NCBI RefSeq assembly: GCF_001194135.2
Contig: NC_068988.1
Span: 56,685,034-56,749,033, forward strand
DNA: 64,000 nucleotides
Reading direction: 5' to 3'
Source: Octopus bimaculoides
Lineage: Eukaryota
Each line of letters begins with the position of its first letter. The first letter of the stretch is position 1. Shown here piece by piece: positions 1 to 12,000 of the stretch. The position numbers and the translations under genes were made by a program. The notes below the pieces were generated by a model, which did not search any database, had not been told where the DNA came from, and worked only from the letters and a program-made list of their open reading frames with translations.

Positions 1-814
1 TCAGAAAGATGAATGGAAAAGTCGATATTAGTGGGATTTGAATTCAGGACAGACAGACGCCAGTAAAATAACTGAAAGATATAGTCCAATGACAGCTCCA
101 ACACCCTTTATTATTATTATTATTATTAAAATGATAGTAATAATAGTTTCAAATTTTGGCACAAGACCAGCAAGTTCAGGGGAGGGGGCTTAGTCAATTA
201 AATTGACTCCAGTGTTCAACTGGCACTTTGTTTATTGACCCTAAAAAGATGAAAAGCAAAGCTGAACTTGGCAAAATTTGAACTCAGAATGTAAAGATGG
301 ACAAAATGTTGCTAAGCATTTTTCCCAGCGTACTAACAATTCTGCTATAGGTACAAGGCCTGAAATTTTCTGGGAACGGGCTAGTCGATTACATTGACTC
401 CAGTACTTGACTGGTACTTATTTCATTGACCCTGAAAGAATGGAAAGCAAAGTTGACTTCAGTGAAATTTGAACTCAGAGCATAGAGATAGATGAAATAC
501 CATTAAACATTTTGAATTTGAAATTTTACACTCTGAATTCAAATCCTGCTGACATTGATGTCATTTTATGTTGTTTTGGGGTTGATAAAAAAAAAAAAGA
601 TACCAGTTGTATTGGAGTCAATCTAATTGGTCATGCCCATTACCTGACATTTTGAAATTTTGTATCCGTGTTAGAAATTAGAGCTGTGGATAAGCAGAAT
701 CAAGAGAGGATCAGATAAAATGTCCTGTGAGCTTTAATTACGGTTGTTTGTTCTAAATTCCAATCCCACCAAGGTTGACTTTTTTCAACATTGGTGGTGG
801 GGTGGAGTACTTAC

Positions 815-1058
815 CAGGGCTGTGGAGTCAGTCGTGGAGCCGGTGTCAGAGTTGGTAAAACCATACCGAATCTGACTCACGATCTTTATTCTTTAATATA
901 AACCCACTTATAGAGGCCTACTCAAAGTACAAGTGTATGCATATGCTTTATGAGATATGTAAACCACAATCACTTAATTACATAAAGAGGAGTCAGTTGG
1001 AAGTGCTAATAGTAGAGGAGTTGGAGTCAAAGTTTTTTGTTTCGACTCCACTGCTCTG
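815..1058. mobile_element. hAT-type non-autonomous DNA element inserted in a SINE
   Basis: TIRs CAGGGCTGTGGAGTC and GACTCCACTGCTCTG (13/15). Imperfect 8-bp TSD gtacttac/gtactaaa. Confidence 0.65.
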
Positions 1059-1329
1059 GTACTAAAGTATCGGTGAAAGTACTGGGGTTGATTGTTGATT
1101 TGACTATGAGGCCTTGTGTTGGTGTTTGAAATAAATCTTCACCCACTACTGTACCTGCTACCTGAGGTGCCACCTGGACATCTCATCACTATCTATCTCT
1201 TTGGAGATACCTCTACTTCATTCTTACTCTCTCTCTCCCTCCCTCCCCTACGTGTGAGTAGCCATGTAGCTTCTCCACAATAAGAACCTGCTCTACTCCA
1301 AACTTTTCCCTCATACCTTAACATAGAGG

Positions 1330-1570
1330 GGCAATATCTTTCCTCTCTGGGTTTGTTGACTTGAGCTACATGGTGACCTCAGGAGTGCTGGTGGTACAGA
1401 GAAAAGTACCCAGTACACACTGGAAAGTGGTTGGTTTTAAGAAGGGCATCCAGCTGTAGAAACTGTGCCAAAGCAGACACTGGAGTACGATGCAGTCTTG
1501 ACTCATTGGATCCTTGTCAAACCATCCAATCCATGCCAGCATGGGACATGGACGTTAAATGATGATGAAG
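1330..1570 (+). mobile_element. SINE/LINE 3' module ending CATGCCAGCATGG...GGACGTTAAA(TGA)n
   Basis: AAGTGGTTGG..AGGAAGGGCATCCAGC motif recurs at about 4500-4710, 16200-16360, 24100-24345, 33430-33605, 38980-39160(-), 43490-43610(-), 51610-51800(-). Confidence 0.75.
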
Positions 1571-2071
1571 TTTAAAATACAGATTCAGCTGAGGATTAGC
1601 TCAACATGCTCTGTTTGTAAGTGATACCCCTACTATCAACACAAGACATTTTGATTAATCTCTGCAAGATATCAGTTCTGAACTTAAGTGATCCACTTGG
1701 TTAAACATTAGAACTAGTTTTTTTTTCTAGTTAATTAGCATAATTGAAGATAAAAATGGTTCAAAGTCCAGTAAATGTCAATATAATAAATAGAATAAAT
1801 AAACAAATAAAATATTTGTAATCTCATTGTAGTTGTTTCAAATTTTGATGTAAGGCCAGCAGATTTTTTTCTTGTTTTTCTTTTGAAGGGAACGGTTAAT
1901 TGGCAACATTGATCCCCAATACTTGACTAGTACTTTATTTTATTAACCCTGGAAGGATCAAAAGCAAAGTTGATCTTGGCTGGATTTGAACATAGAATGT
2001 AAAGTGCTGAAAGAATTGCTGCTAAACATTTTGCCCGATGTTGTCATAGTTTTGCCAGCTTGCTACCTTAT

Positions 2072-3105
2072 TGGGATCTGTTCAGTTTGGCTCACAGATT
2101 TTTAAAATTAATTTTTTTAACTAAACAGTTTGAAACTTTGTATACTTGTGGAATGACTCGCACAGAACACAGTTTACTTTGAACATTTTTGACAAAATTT
2201 AGTATTTTAGAAGTTATTTCGTGTTAAAGATGTTGTATTTGGTTAATTTCAACCAATCAATGACCTGTATTCGGTTGAAGAAAGCTACTGCTGTTTGCGA
2301 TAGTAACTGAAGAGGAACAACTTTTGGGTCATCTCGACTAAATGTCTCCACTCTTCTATTTTATTTATTGTTTATTGCCTGTGTTGCATATTACACGCTT
2401 ATATTTTAAATTTTTTTTGGTTCTCTTGTCAGATTAATCTGTAAACATTGATGAATCAACACCAAGAAGGAAGAAATATTATTTACATATATTTATTCGT
2501 TTGCCTGACATTGGTGTTTTAAAATAGCTCTATAGCTATGAGTCCGCAGCTAGCTTTTTTGTTGTTGATGTATATGTAGTTTCAAAAAACACATTTTGTC
2601 AATATAAAAGTCTTTATTAGATTAAAAATAACATTATCAAAACATGAAGGTAAAACAAATAGCGTCTTATACCTCAGAAAATACAGTAATTATAGTGGCT
2701 GTGACAAGTTCGCTCGCTGGTTGCTAGTTGATAGTGTAGAAGGGAGGGAAAAAGTAAGGAATGCACAGTGCTGACTAGAAAGGATAAAGGTGGCATCATC
2801 TTCGTTTGACATACGAATAGAACAGAGTTGTGGCATTTAGTAGAGATGACCCAGAAGTTGTTCCTCTTTGATTACTATTGCAAACTGCAGTAGCTTTCTT
2901 CAACCGAATACATGTTGTCGATTGGTGAAAATTACCCAGATACGGCAACTTTAACACGAAATAACTTCTAAAATACCAAATTTTGTCAAAAATGTTCAAA
3001 GCAACCAGTGTTCTGTGTGAGACATTCCACCAGTATACGAAGTTTCAAACTGTTTAGTTAAAAAAAATTTAATTAAAAAATCTGAGCCAAACTGAACAGA
3101 TCCCC
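2072..3105. mobile_element. Fold-back/MITE with about 290-bp TIRs
   Basis: 2072-2360 is the reverse complement of about 2815-3105. Termini GGGATCTGTTCAGTTTGGCTCA...TGAGCCAAACTGAACAGATCCCC; TA or TTA flanks, so superfamily is ambiguous. Confidence 0.85.
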
Positions 3106-3190
3106 TTATTGCAATTAATTGTTGGTGGTGTTATTGTTCCTATTTAATTATGAATATTTTTTCTTAAAGATTCTTTTTTTTTCTCTTTTT

Positions 3191-3796
3191 NNNNNNNNNN
3201 NNNNNNNNNNNNNNNNNNNNNNNNNNNNNNNNNNNNNNNNNNNNNNNNNNNNNNNNNNNNNNNNNNNNNNNNNNNNNNNNNNNNNNNNNNNNNNNNNNNN
3301 NNNNNNNNNNNNNNNNNNNNNNNNNNNNNNNNNNNNNNNNNNNNNNNNNNNNNNNNNNNNNNNNNNNNNNNNNNNNNNNNNNNNNNNNNNNNNNNNNNNN
3401 NNNNNNNNNNNNNNNNNNNNNNNNNNNNNNNNNNNNNNNNNNNNNNNNNNNNNNNNNNNNNNNNNNNNNNNNNNNNNNNNNNNNNNNNNNNNNNNNNNNN
3501 NNNNNNNNNNNNNNNNNNNNNNNNNNNNNNNNNNNNNNNNNNNNNNNNNNNNNNNNNNNNNNNNNNNNNNNNNNNNNNNNNNNNNNNNNNNNNNNNNNNN
3601 NNNNNNNNNNNNNNNNNNNNNNNNNNNNNNNNNNNNNNNNNNNNNNNNNNNNNNNNNNNNNNNNNNNNNNNNNNNNNNNNNNNNNNNNNNNNNNNNNNNN
3701 NNNNNNNNNNNNNNNNNNNNNNNNNNNNNNNNNNNNNNNNNNNNNNNNNNNNNNNNNNNNNNNNNNNNNNNNNNNNNNNNNNNNNNNNNNNNNNNN
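3191..3796. other. Assembly gap hiding the 5' part of a TCERG1 exon
   Basis: N run. Other large gaps: 7114-7939, 47544-48136, 52822-53233, 57813-57927. Confidence 1.
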
Positions 3797-3972
3797 TGCC
3801 CCCACCCAACATCCCCCCACCCAACTTTTCTGTTCCCCCTCCTGGATTTTCTCTACCCCCTCCGGTATCTAATGCCCCACCAAACTCAATAACAGCCTTG
3901 CCGTCTCAGAGCAACTCTCTTGATGTTGGAAATCAAGAGTTATGGGTCGAGACCAAAACAGCTGAAGGAAAG
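3797..3972 (+). CDS. TCERG1: TCERG1 exon, Pro-rich region and first half of WW1; 5' boundary in gap
   Basis: [25 protein letters not shown]...[13 protein letters not shown]; donor AAG|gtaagc at 3973, phase 0. Confidence 0.92.
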
Positions 3973-5284
3973 GTAAGCAAAAAAATTTTAAAAAAAATTT
4001 TCAAATTATATATTAGCTTTCAATTAATTATGTAGTTATTAATTAGATATTTCATCATTATCGTTATTGTTTAATGTCCAGTTTTCCATGCTTACATAGG
4101 TCAGATGGAATTCATTGAGGCAGATTTTTCAACAGCTGGATGCCCTTCCAGTTCCTAACCCTTAGCTGTTTCCAAGTAAGGTAATATTTCCCCATGACCA
4201 GATGTCTCAGATGATTGGAAACGGACACTGCTTGCATGATGGTAACATTTACAACTATCATGTGATGTCAAGGCATGCATACACAAACACACACAAATGA
4301 TTGGCATTTTGTAGTTTCTGCCTACCAAATCCACTCAAGGCTTTGATGTGCCTGGGCTTAATTTAAAAAACACATGCCCAAAGTGCTGTACAGTGGGACT
4401 GAACCTTAAACCATGTGGTTTGGAAGCAAACTTTTTATCATATAGCCACATATCAACTAGCATAGAGCTACCTCCTTCAACATCCCTCTCCCTAGTTGAG
4501 GGGTTTTTGTCTTGCAAGTTATTTGGTGACCCCTGCCTGTACTGGTATCCTGAAAAAAGCACCTACTACACACTAAAGTGGTTGACATTAAGAAGATCAA
4601 CCAAGCATAGAAACCTTGGCGTAGCCCTCTGGCTTGCCAGCTCTTGTCAAACTGTTCAACCCAGGCCATGCCAGCATAGAGAACAGACATTAAACGATGA
4701 TGATGAGTAATAATAATAGTAAAAAAAATAATAATGATGATGATAATTTTTATTTTAAACTTTTTATAGAGTTACTATTACAATGCACGAACACGAGAAT
4801 CTGCATGGACAAAGCCAGAGAATGTGAAAATCATCACTCAATCAGAGGTAGAAGCAATGGCTGCTCAAATGACTAGTCAAACCCCACCTACTGTTACCAC
4901 TAATACTGTATCCTCTCCAGGGGGTACTACAACTACTGCTGCTGCTCAACCAGCTGTGGCACAAGGTAATTTTGTATTTGACAGTCAAGTTTTTTTTGTT
5001 CCTTTTTTTTTTGCATGCATTTTATTATAATTCTGTCTGTGGAGTTAATTGCTTGATTGATAAATTATAGTTTAGGTGTGGGTTAGTATTGTTTTTAATA
5101 TAATTTCTTAAATGTTACTTGTATCTTGCATAAAACTATAACCTCTTTATACATTGAGATGGAGTATTAAATTTATAGGAGAGGGAACGTGATGTACTGT
5201 CTTTTTCTGGAAGCATTATGAATATTTCAAAGAGTACTTATTGGGCAATGAATTTGGGTTGTTAAGAAGTTGTCTTTGGGAACA

Positions 5285-5352
<68 letters not shown>

Positions 5353-5493
5353 NNNNNNNNNNAGCATGGCTGTGTGTGATTCAGGTTCAGTCCCACTGCA
5401 CTGCTGCCTTGGGCAGATGACTTTTACCATAACCCTGGACTGATGACCAAAGCCTTGTAAGTGGATTGAGTAGACAGAAACTGAAAGAAGATA

Positions 5494-5542
<49 letters not shown>

Positions 5543-6120
5543 ATGTGGATTGGTGTCTGTGTGTGTATGTGGATTGGTATCTGTTATGTGTTTACGTTTG
5601 TGGTCACTTGTACTTTTAACAAATCACATGGTTACTTCAAGCCTTTGAAGCCACGGGGAATAAGAAATCACTTACTTGAAAAACAAGTAACAGTTGGAGT
5701 TAGGAAGGCCTATAAAACAATGCCTGAAATAACATATTCATCCAACTCCTGCAAACATGGTGAAACGGATCTATTCTACTTATAAAACAACAGTTGGTTC
5801 ACATTAACAAATTATATTACAAGGTTTTGGAAATGAGTAATTTATGTGATGTGTTAATGGGGGCAAATGCAACTTTTGTTTTTTTCTTCTTTCTTATTTT
5901 TGTTGATAAATTACTATTGTGTATTCAGATATTTTTTTGTTTTATTTTATATATAGATACACTGACAAACTAAATGAATATATTTGATCATATAAAGAGA
6001 TATTTCTGAGCACATTCAGTATAGGTTTCACGATTTTGTAGATATATATTTCTTGATCAAAATTGTTTTTTTTTTTTTTATAGATGATTCAAGTGTTAAT
6101 TTTCGTGTGTGTATATATAT

Positions 6121-6158
<38 letters not shown>

Positions 6159-8746
6159 TCTTAATTTGTTAATTATGAATAAGATAACAAAGAAATAGTA
6201 TTATTATTATTCTAAGACATTAATCCTTAGTAGCAGAACAAACTTTCTTTAAAAGAAAAAAAGAAAAGTTAGATTTATTCTAAGTTCAAAATTAACAACT
6301 CCAGTCTCAAAATTGTTATCTTTTTGAGAGTTGGAAATATTTTGAGCTGAATTCCCTCTTCTTGTGTTTGCAGCTCAAGCAGCGACACAGCTGTTACAGC
6401 CTCCAACACAACAACCTCAACCACAACTGGGTTCTCCACAACTACAAGTTGTGTCGTCCACCTCTGTGACATCATCTTCGCCCCCACCAACCGTTTCACC
6501 TAGTAGTAGTGAGGCATCAAGCACCACTTGCATTGTAAATACATTGTCATCACCAGCATCTCAGTCACAGATTCCAGTGGCATTGACTACTGATGTGATA
6601 TCTATTACTACTACTACTACTTCTACTACTACTACTACTACTACTCCGGCAACCCAGCCATCTGCACAGATCAGTTCTTTCCTACCCGGGATTTCTTCTT
6701 TCCCCAGTATGGAAATCGGTTCCACCCTCTTCGTTGAATGCTTTCCTGCTGCCACTATCTTTGCATGCTCTGCTTTTGATTATTATTTATCTTTTTTTTT
6801 TTTTTGGTTTCCTTTCTACCATCATTGTCTTGTGCTAACAGTTGATTTGCTAATTCACACTGTCAAGTACGTTCTAGATCTTCTAAATAATTATAGTAGG
6901 CAGCAGAAGTTATTTAACACATACATATATATTTCATAATCATTTATGAATGGTGCTAAGTAATAATTTCATTATTAGAATAATAATAATAAGTATAATA
7001 ATAATAATAATAATAACAACAATAATAATAATAATGATAACAATTTTTCTTTCTTAATTCTACTCCAATGCAAAAAAAAAAAGAAAAAAGAAAAAATATA
7101 ATTTGTCTTCTCTNNNNNNNNNNNNNNNNNNNNNNNNNNNNNNNNNNNNNNNNNNNNNNNNNNNNNNNNNNNNNNNNNNNNNNNNNNNNNNNNNNNNNNN
7201 NNNNNNNNNNNNNNNNNNNNNNNNNNNNNNNNNNNNNNNNNNNNNNNNNNNNNNNNNNNNNNNNNNNNNNNNNNNNNNNNNNNNNNNNNNNNNNNNNNNN
7301 NNNNNNNNNNNNNNNNNNNNNNNNNNNNNNNNNNNNNNNNNNNNNNNNNNNNNNNNNNNNNNNNNNNNNNNNNNNNNNNNNNNNNNNNNNNNNNNNNNNN
7401 NNNNNNNNNNNNNNNNNNNNNNNNNNNNNNNNNNNNNNNNNNNNNNNNNNNNNNNNNNNNNNNNNNNNNNNNNNNNNNNNNNNNNNNNNNNNNNNNNNNN
7501 NNNNNNNNNNNNNNNNNNNNNNNNNNNNNNNNNNNNNNNNNNNNNNNNNNNNNNNNNNNNNNNNNNNNNNNNNNNNNNNNNNNNNNNNNNNNNNNNNNNN
7601 NNNNNNNNNNNNNNNNNNNNNNNNNNNNNNNNNNNNNNNNNNNNNNNNNNNNNNNNNNNNNNNNNNNNNNNNNNNNNNNNNNNNNNNNNNNNNNNNNNNN
7701 NNNNNNNNNNNNNNNNNNNNNNNNNNNNNNNNNNNNNNNNNNNNNNNNNNNNNNNNNNNNNNNNNNNNNNNNNNNNNNNNNNNNNNNNNNNNNNNNNNNN
7801 NNNNNNNNNNNNNNNNNNNNNNNNNNNNNNNNNNNNNNNNNNNNNNNNNNNNNNNNNNNNNNNNNNNNNNNNNNNNNNNNNNNNNNNNNNNNNNNNNNNN
7901 NNNNNNNNNNNNNNNNNNNNNNNNNNNNNNNNNNNNNNNATATATATATATATATATATATATATAGATGTGCATGCATATATATACACACACACACACA
8001 CGTACATGCATATGCATACACACACGTCTGTGCATACACATAGTTACGATGGCTGCAACTCAGTTTTGTCATCCTGTGATTGTTCTCTTAAAGTCATATT
8101 GTACAGATGCAGTGGATGTTGTAATATTGTTTTGATGGACTGTCATAAAACATTTCAGTCTGTGTCTCAATGTACATCCTTTTCCGCACTCCCTGCAAAT
8201 AGAGATTCCATATAATGCATAGTTGACAACTTCCCTGTGTGTGGCCTCACTGATAAATTCTAAAGCCCTGCCTTACAGACACGCCCACATTAGTTACATG
8301 TTAAATTGGGCTGTTCACCAGTGAGCTGTTCCTGCTTGATAGAATTTTGTTTGAATTCCATTTGCCCATCATGCACAGTTTTCCTTTACAATGAATGATC
8401 CAGAGCAAATTTTCCTATACATTTTCCAAGAGTTATACATGCACACACACTCACTATGTTCACTTTTCCATGCACGCATGGATCAGATGGAATTTGTTAA
8501 GGCAGATTTTCTATAGTTGAATGCCCTTCCTGTCACCAACCCTCACCTGTTTTCTAGCAAGATATTTTCCCATTACCATAAACCACATTGCTTTTATGTT
8601 GATGCTTGTTTGCAACCACCACGTGATGTCAAGCTTTGTTTAGTTTTCTATCTACCAAATCCACTTACAAACATATGCATATATATACATACACACATGC
8701 TGATAAACATACATACCCACATTTATATGTATATATACACATACAG

Positions 8747-8781
<35 letters not shown>

Positions 8782-9031
8782 CACGCACACACATACATAT
8801 ATTATTTTCACTGGGACTTCAAGTTTTGCCTTTAATTAGCTGCTAAGTTAATTAGTCTCACCATCTGTAAATATCCTGTTTCCTACACATTCTACAACAA
8901 TACCGAATGTTACACACACACACACACACACACATACATGAATTGAATGTTAACGGTTCCATTATTTGGTATTTGCATGAGCAAAAAACACACTCTGGGA
9001 TTGTTTTATAAAGTATGAATGTCTTTATATT

Positions 9032-9068
<37 letters not shown>

Positions 9069-12000
9069 AGATACATAATTTCATTAATAAAATTTTATTA
9101 ACATTTTATTTCATTGAAATGTGGCAAATATATTACACATGACCATCCTGCATAATTCAATAACACTTTTAGCTTTGAAGCTGTATTGTAAAAACAAAAA
9201 AAAAAGCTAATAAAATGCTATGTTTCTAACCAGTTTAGGGTTTATTGGCTGCTCTGTTCATCAGCTCTTTAACACCACAACTTATTTAATTAAGCTTTTG
9301 ATAGATCTTTTTTTTTTTTTTTTTAATAACTCCAAGCTTTGTGTGTAAAAGTTCAGCAAAACTTGTTCTGAGCATTTTAAAGAATAGAAATTAAAAACAA
9401 AACTTAGTTTCCTAGTTTTGGGAAAATCTTTCATTCATGAAGAAAATAATGCTATTAAATTTTGATATCTAAAATTTGAATAAGCTTTTAACAATAATTA
9501 ATTGGAATTATGCTTTTATNNNNNNNNNNNNNNNNNNNNNNNNNNNNNNNNNNNNNNNNNNNNNNNNNNNNNNNNNNATATATATATAATTATATCATAA
9601 AGCTTTTAACAAATTCTCCTAACACAAAATTTCTTTCTTTGGATGCTGGGCATTTCTGATTTTGCTTTTGCTTTTATTTAAACTTGTTCTTGTAGACTTA
9701 CCTCCTGGATTTAATCCAAATTTGGTACCTCCTGGTTTTAATACTAATGTAATGCCACAGTTGAGTACGCCAGTAACAGCAGTGTCCACAGCCGCAACTG
9801 TAACACCTCCACTTGTTATTGCAGCACCTCAATCAGAGACGGTTCACACAACTGACCAGTCTGCTGTTGTAGCAGAAAAACCACCCCAAGGCCAGGTTTG
9901 TAATTTGTTTTTTTAATTATCAGGTTGGTGCAAAAATAATTGCAGTTTTTAACCATCAACTTCATAGCAATGTATCTCAGCTCAGAATAAATTTTATCAA
10001 TCAAAATAGTCATTAGAATTTATAGATGTTTGTCAACAAGGAACAAATCTGTTTTGATTATACAGAATTCTGGCATTTTGGAACTAGTGAATTCTGTTTT
10101 AGACAATTTTGAGTTGTTTGGTTGTTGAAGACCTTCTTTTCCAAGTAGTTATTGAGATATTTGAAAAAGTGGTAGTCAGTTGGAGAATTATCTGGAGAGT
10201 AAGCTGGGTGAGGTGGCATTTCATAGCCCAGTCCTTTGAATTTCTGCAAAGTTATTTATGTGACTTGGTTGAGCATTGTCATGGAGAAGAATTGGTCCTC
10301 TTTGATTGACCGATGCCATATGTAATTGTTGCAGTTTTTTAGTATCATTGGGATGAACTGAATCTAAACCCATGCAACTGGGAAGCAAACTTAATGACAC
10401 AGTCATGCTTAAAATTCTTTCACTCTTTTACTTGTTTCAGTCATTTGACTGCGGCCATGCTGGAGCACCGCCTTTAGTCGAGAAATTCGACCCCAGGACT
10501 TATTCTTTGTAAGCCTAGTACTTATTCTATCGGTCTCTTTTTTCGGAACTGCTAAGTTACAGGACATAAACACACCAGCATCGGTTGTCAAGCGATGTTG
10601 GGGGGACAAACACAGACACACAAACACACATACATATTTATATACATATATATGACGGGCTTCTTTCAGTTTCCGTCTACCAAATCCACTCACAAGGCTT
10701 TGGTCAGCCCAAGGCTATAGTAGAAGACACTTGCCCAAGGTGCCATGCAGTGGGACTGAACCCGGAACCATGTGGTTGGTAAGTAAGCTACTTACCACAC
10801 AGCCACTCCTGCGCCTATTACTCAAATTTCCCTTTTTCTGTCTTTAATTAAACTACTTAACCAAGAATACACAGTAGGAATGAAACCAGTCACATTAGCC
10901 AATAGATTGAAACCTACATTCCCAATGCTATATAACATGAACATAGTTAAAAGTTTATTCCAAAAAAGAATTACAGGTTAAAATTCCAAAAATTGCACTT
11001 AGTTTTGCACTAGCCTAATGCTTGCTTGTTGCCCCTGGTTCTATGATAAAAACTTCCTGTTTTAAAGCGACCTAAATTATAACTTTCTTACATCAAAATC
11101 TCATATTAATTATGTCTCAAAACACTGGCTCAATAACAAGTTATTTTATTAAATTCTTCATTATCTTCAAAATTGATTGAAATAAAATCACTGTATTTCT
11201 ATAGAAATATAGTTAAAAAAAAAAAAATCAAGTCAACTTCATAGTTATTAAACATTTCTTTAATGTTACGATTCTTAGAAATTTTCCATTCTGATGCAGT
11301 GCATCTTTCAGTTCCTCACATGTGCACATCTTTTAACCCTTTCATGACCATATTTCTGTCTTTGTTATAATTAATTTTGAAAATAATGAAAAATAATTTT
11401 TATATATTTGACGTGGTGTTTGAGACATAACTTAAAATATTCCATCATTATGAAATGTTTTACAGTAAATATGAATACTTAAACCTTATCTGGCTTAAAT
11501 ATTTTACCTATGTTTTTTTTATGTTCAAACTGATCAAATCCATCCTCTCACACCTACTTTACAATTTTAAAATTATCACATCATTGAAATCTTGAAGCTA
11601 TGTGATAATACATGATTGATTCAAAACAATGTGAATAGTTAAGCATTATGTTTGACATGGTAATCTGAATGCTAAAAAGTTAAGGTGAGAAAAAGTTTGT
11701 GTATGTGGGTTGGTATTGAAAAGTATTAGAGAGACCTCAGAATTGACTCTATCAAGACATTTTTTTTTGTACAGAAATTTAACTGAAAAAAAAACAAAAA
11801 AACATTTACTAAATATGTTATATCACAACGTTTTATGAATTTAACTAAAGAATATTTGGGAGCCATTATTAATCTATACTATATATAAAACAGAGATGTG
11901 TGTGTAATCGCTTCTCACGTGAAAACGGCTTCACTATTTACTTCTATACTTGTCATACATGAATAATTTGACCTCGGATAAATCTTAGGCTCTTCATTTG

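Noticed and set aside
3119-8215. Long ORFs (200-370 aa) in the ORF track, also at 47458-48272 and 52711-53388
   Set aside because: They consist of N-gap X residues; artefacts.
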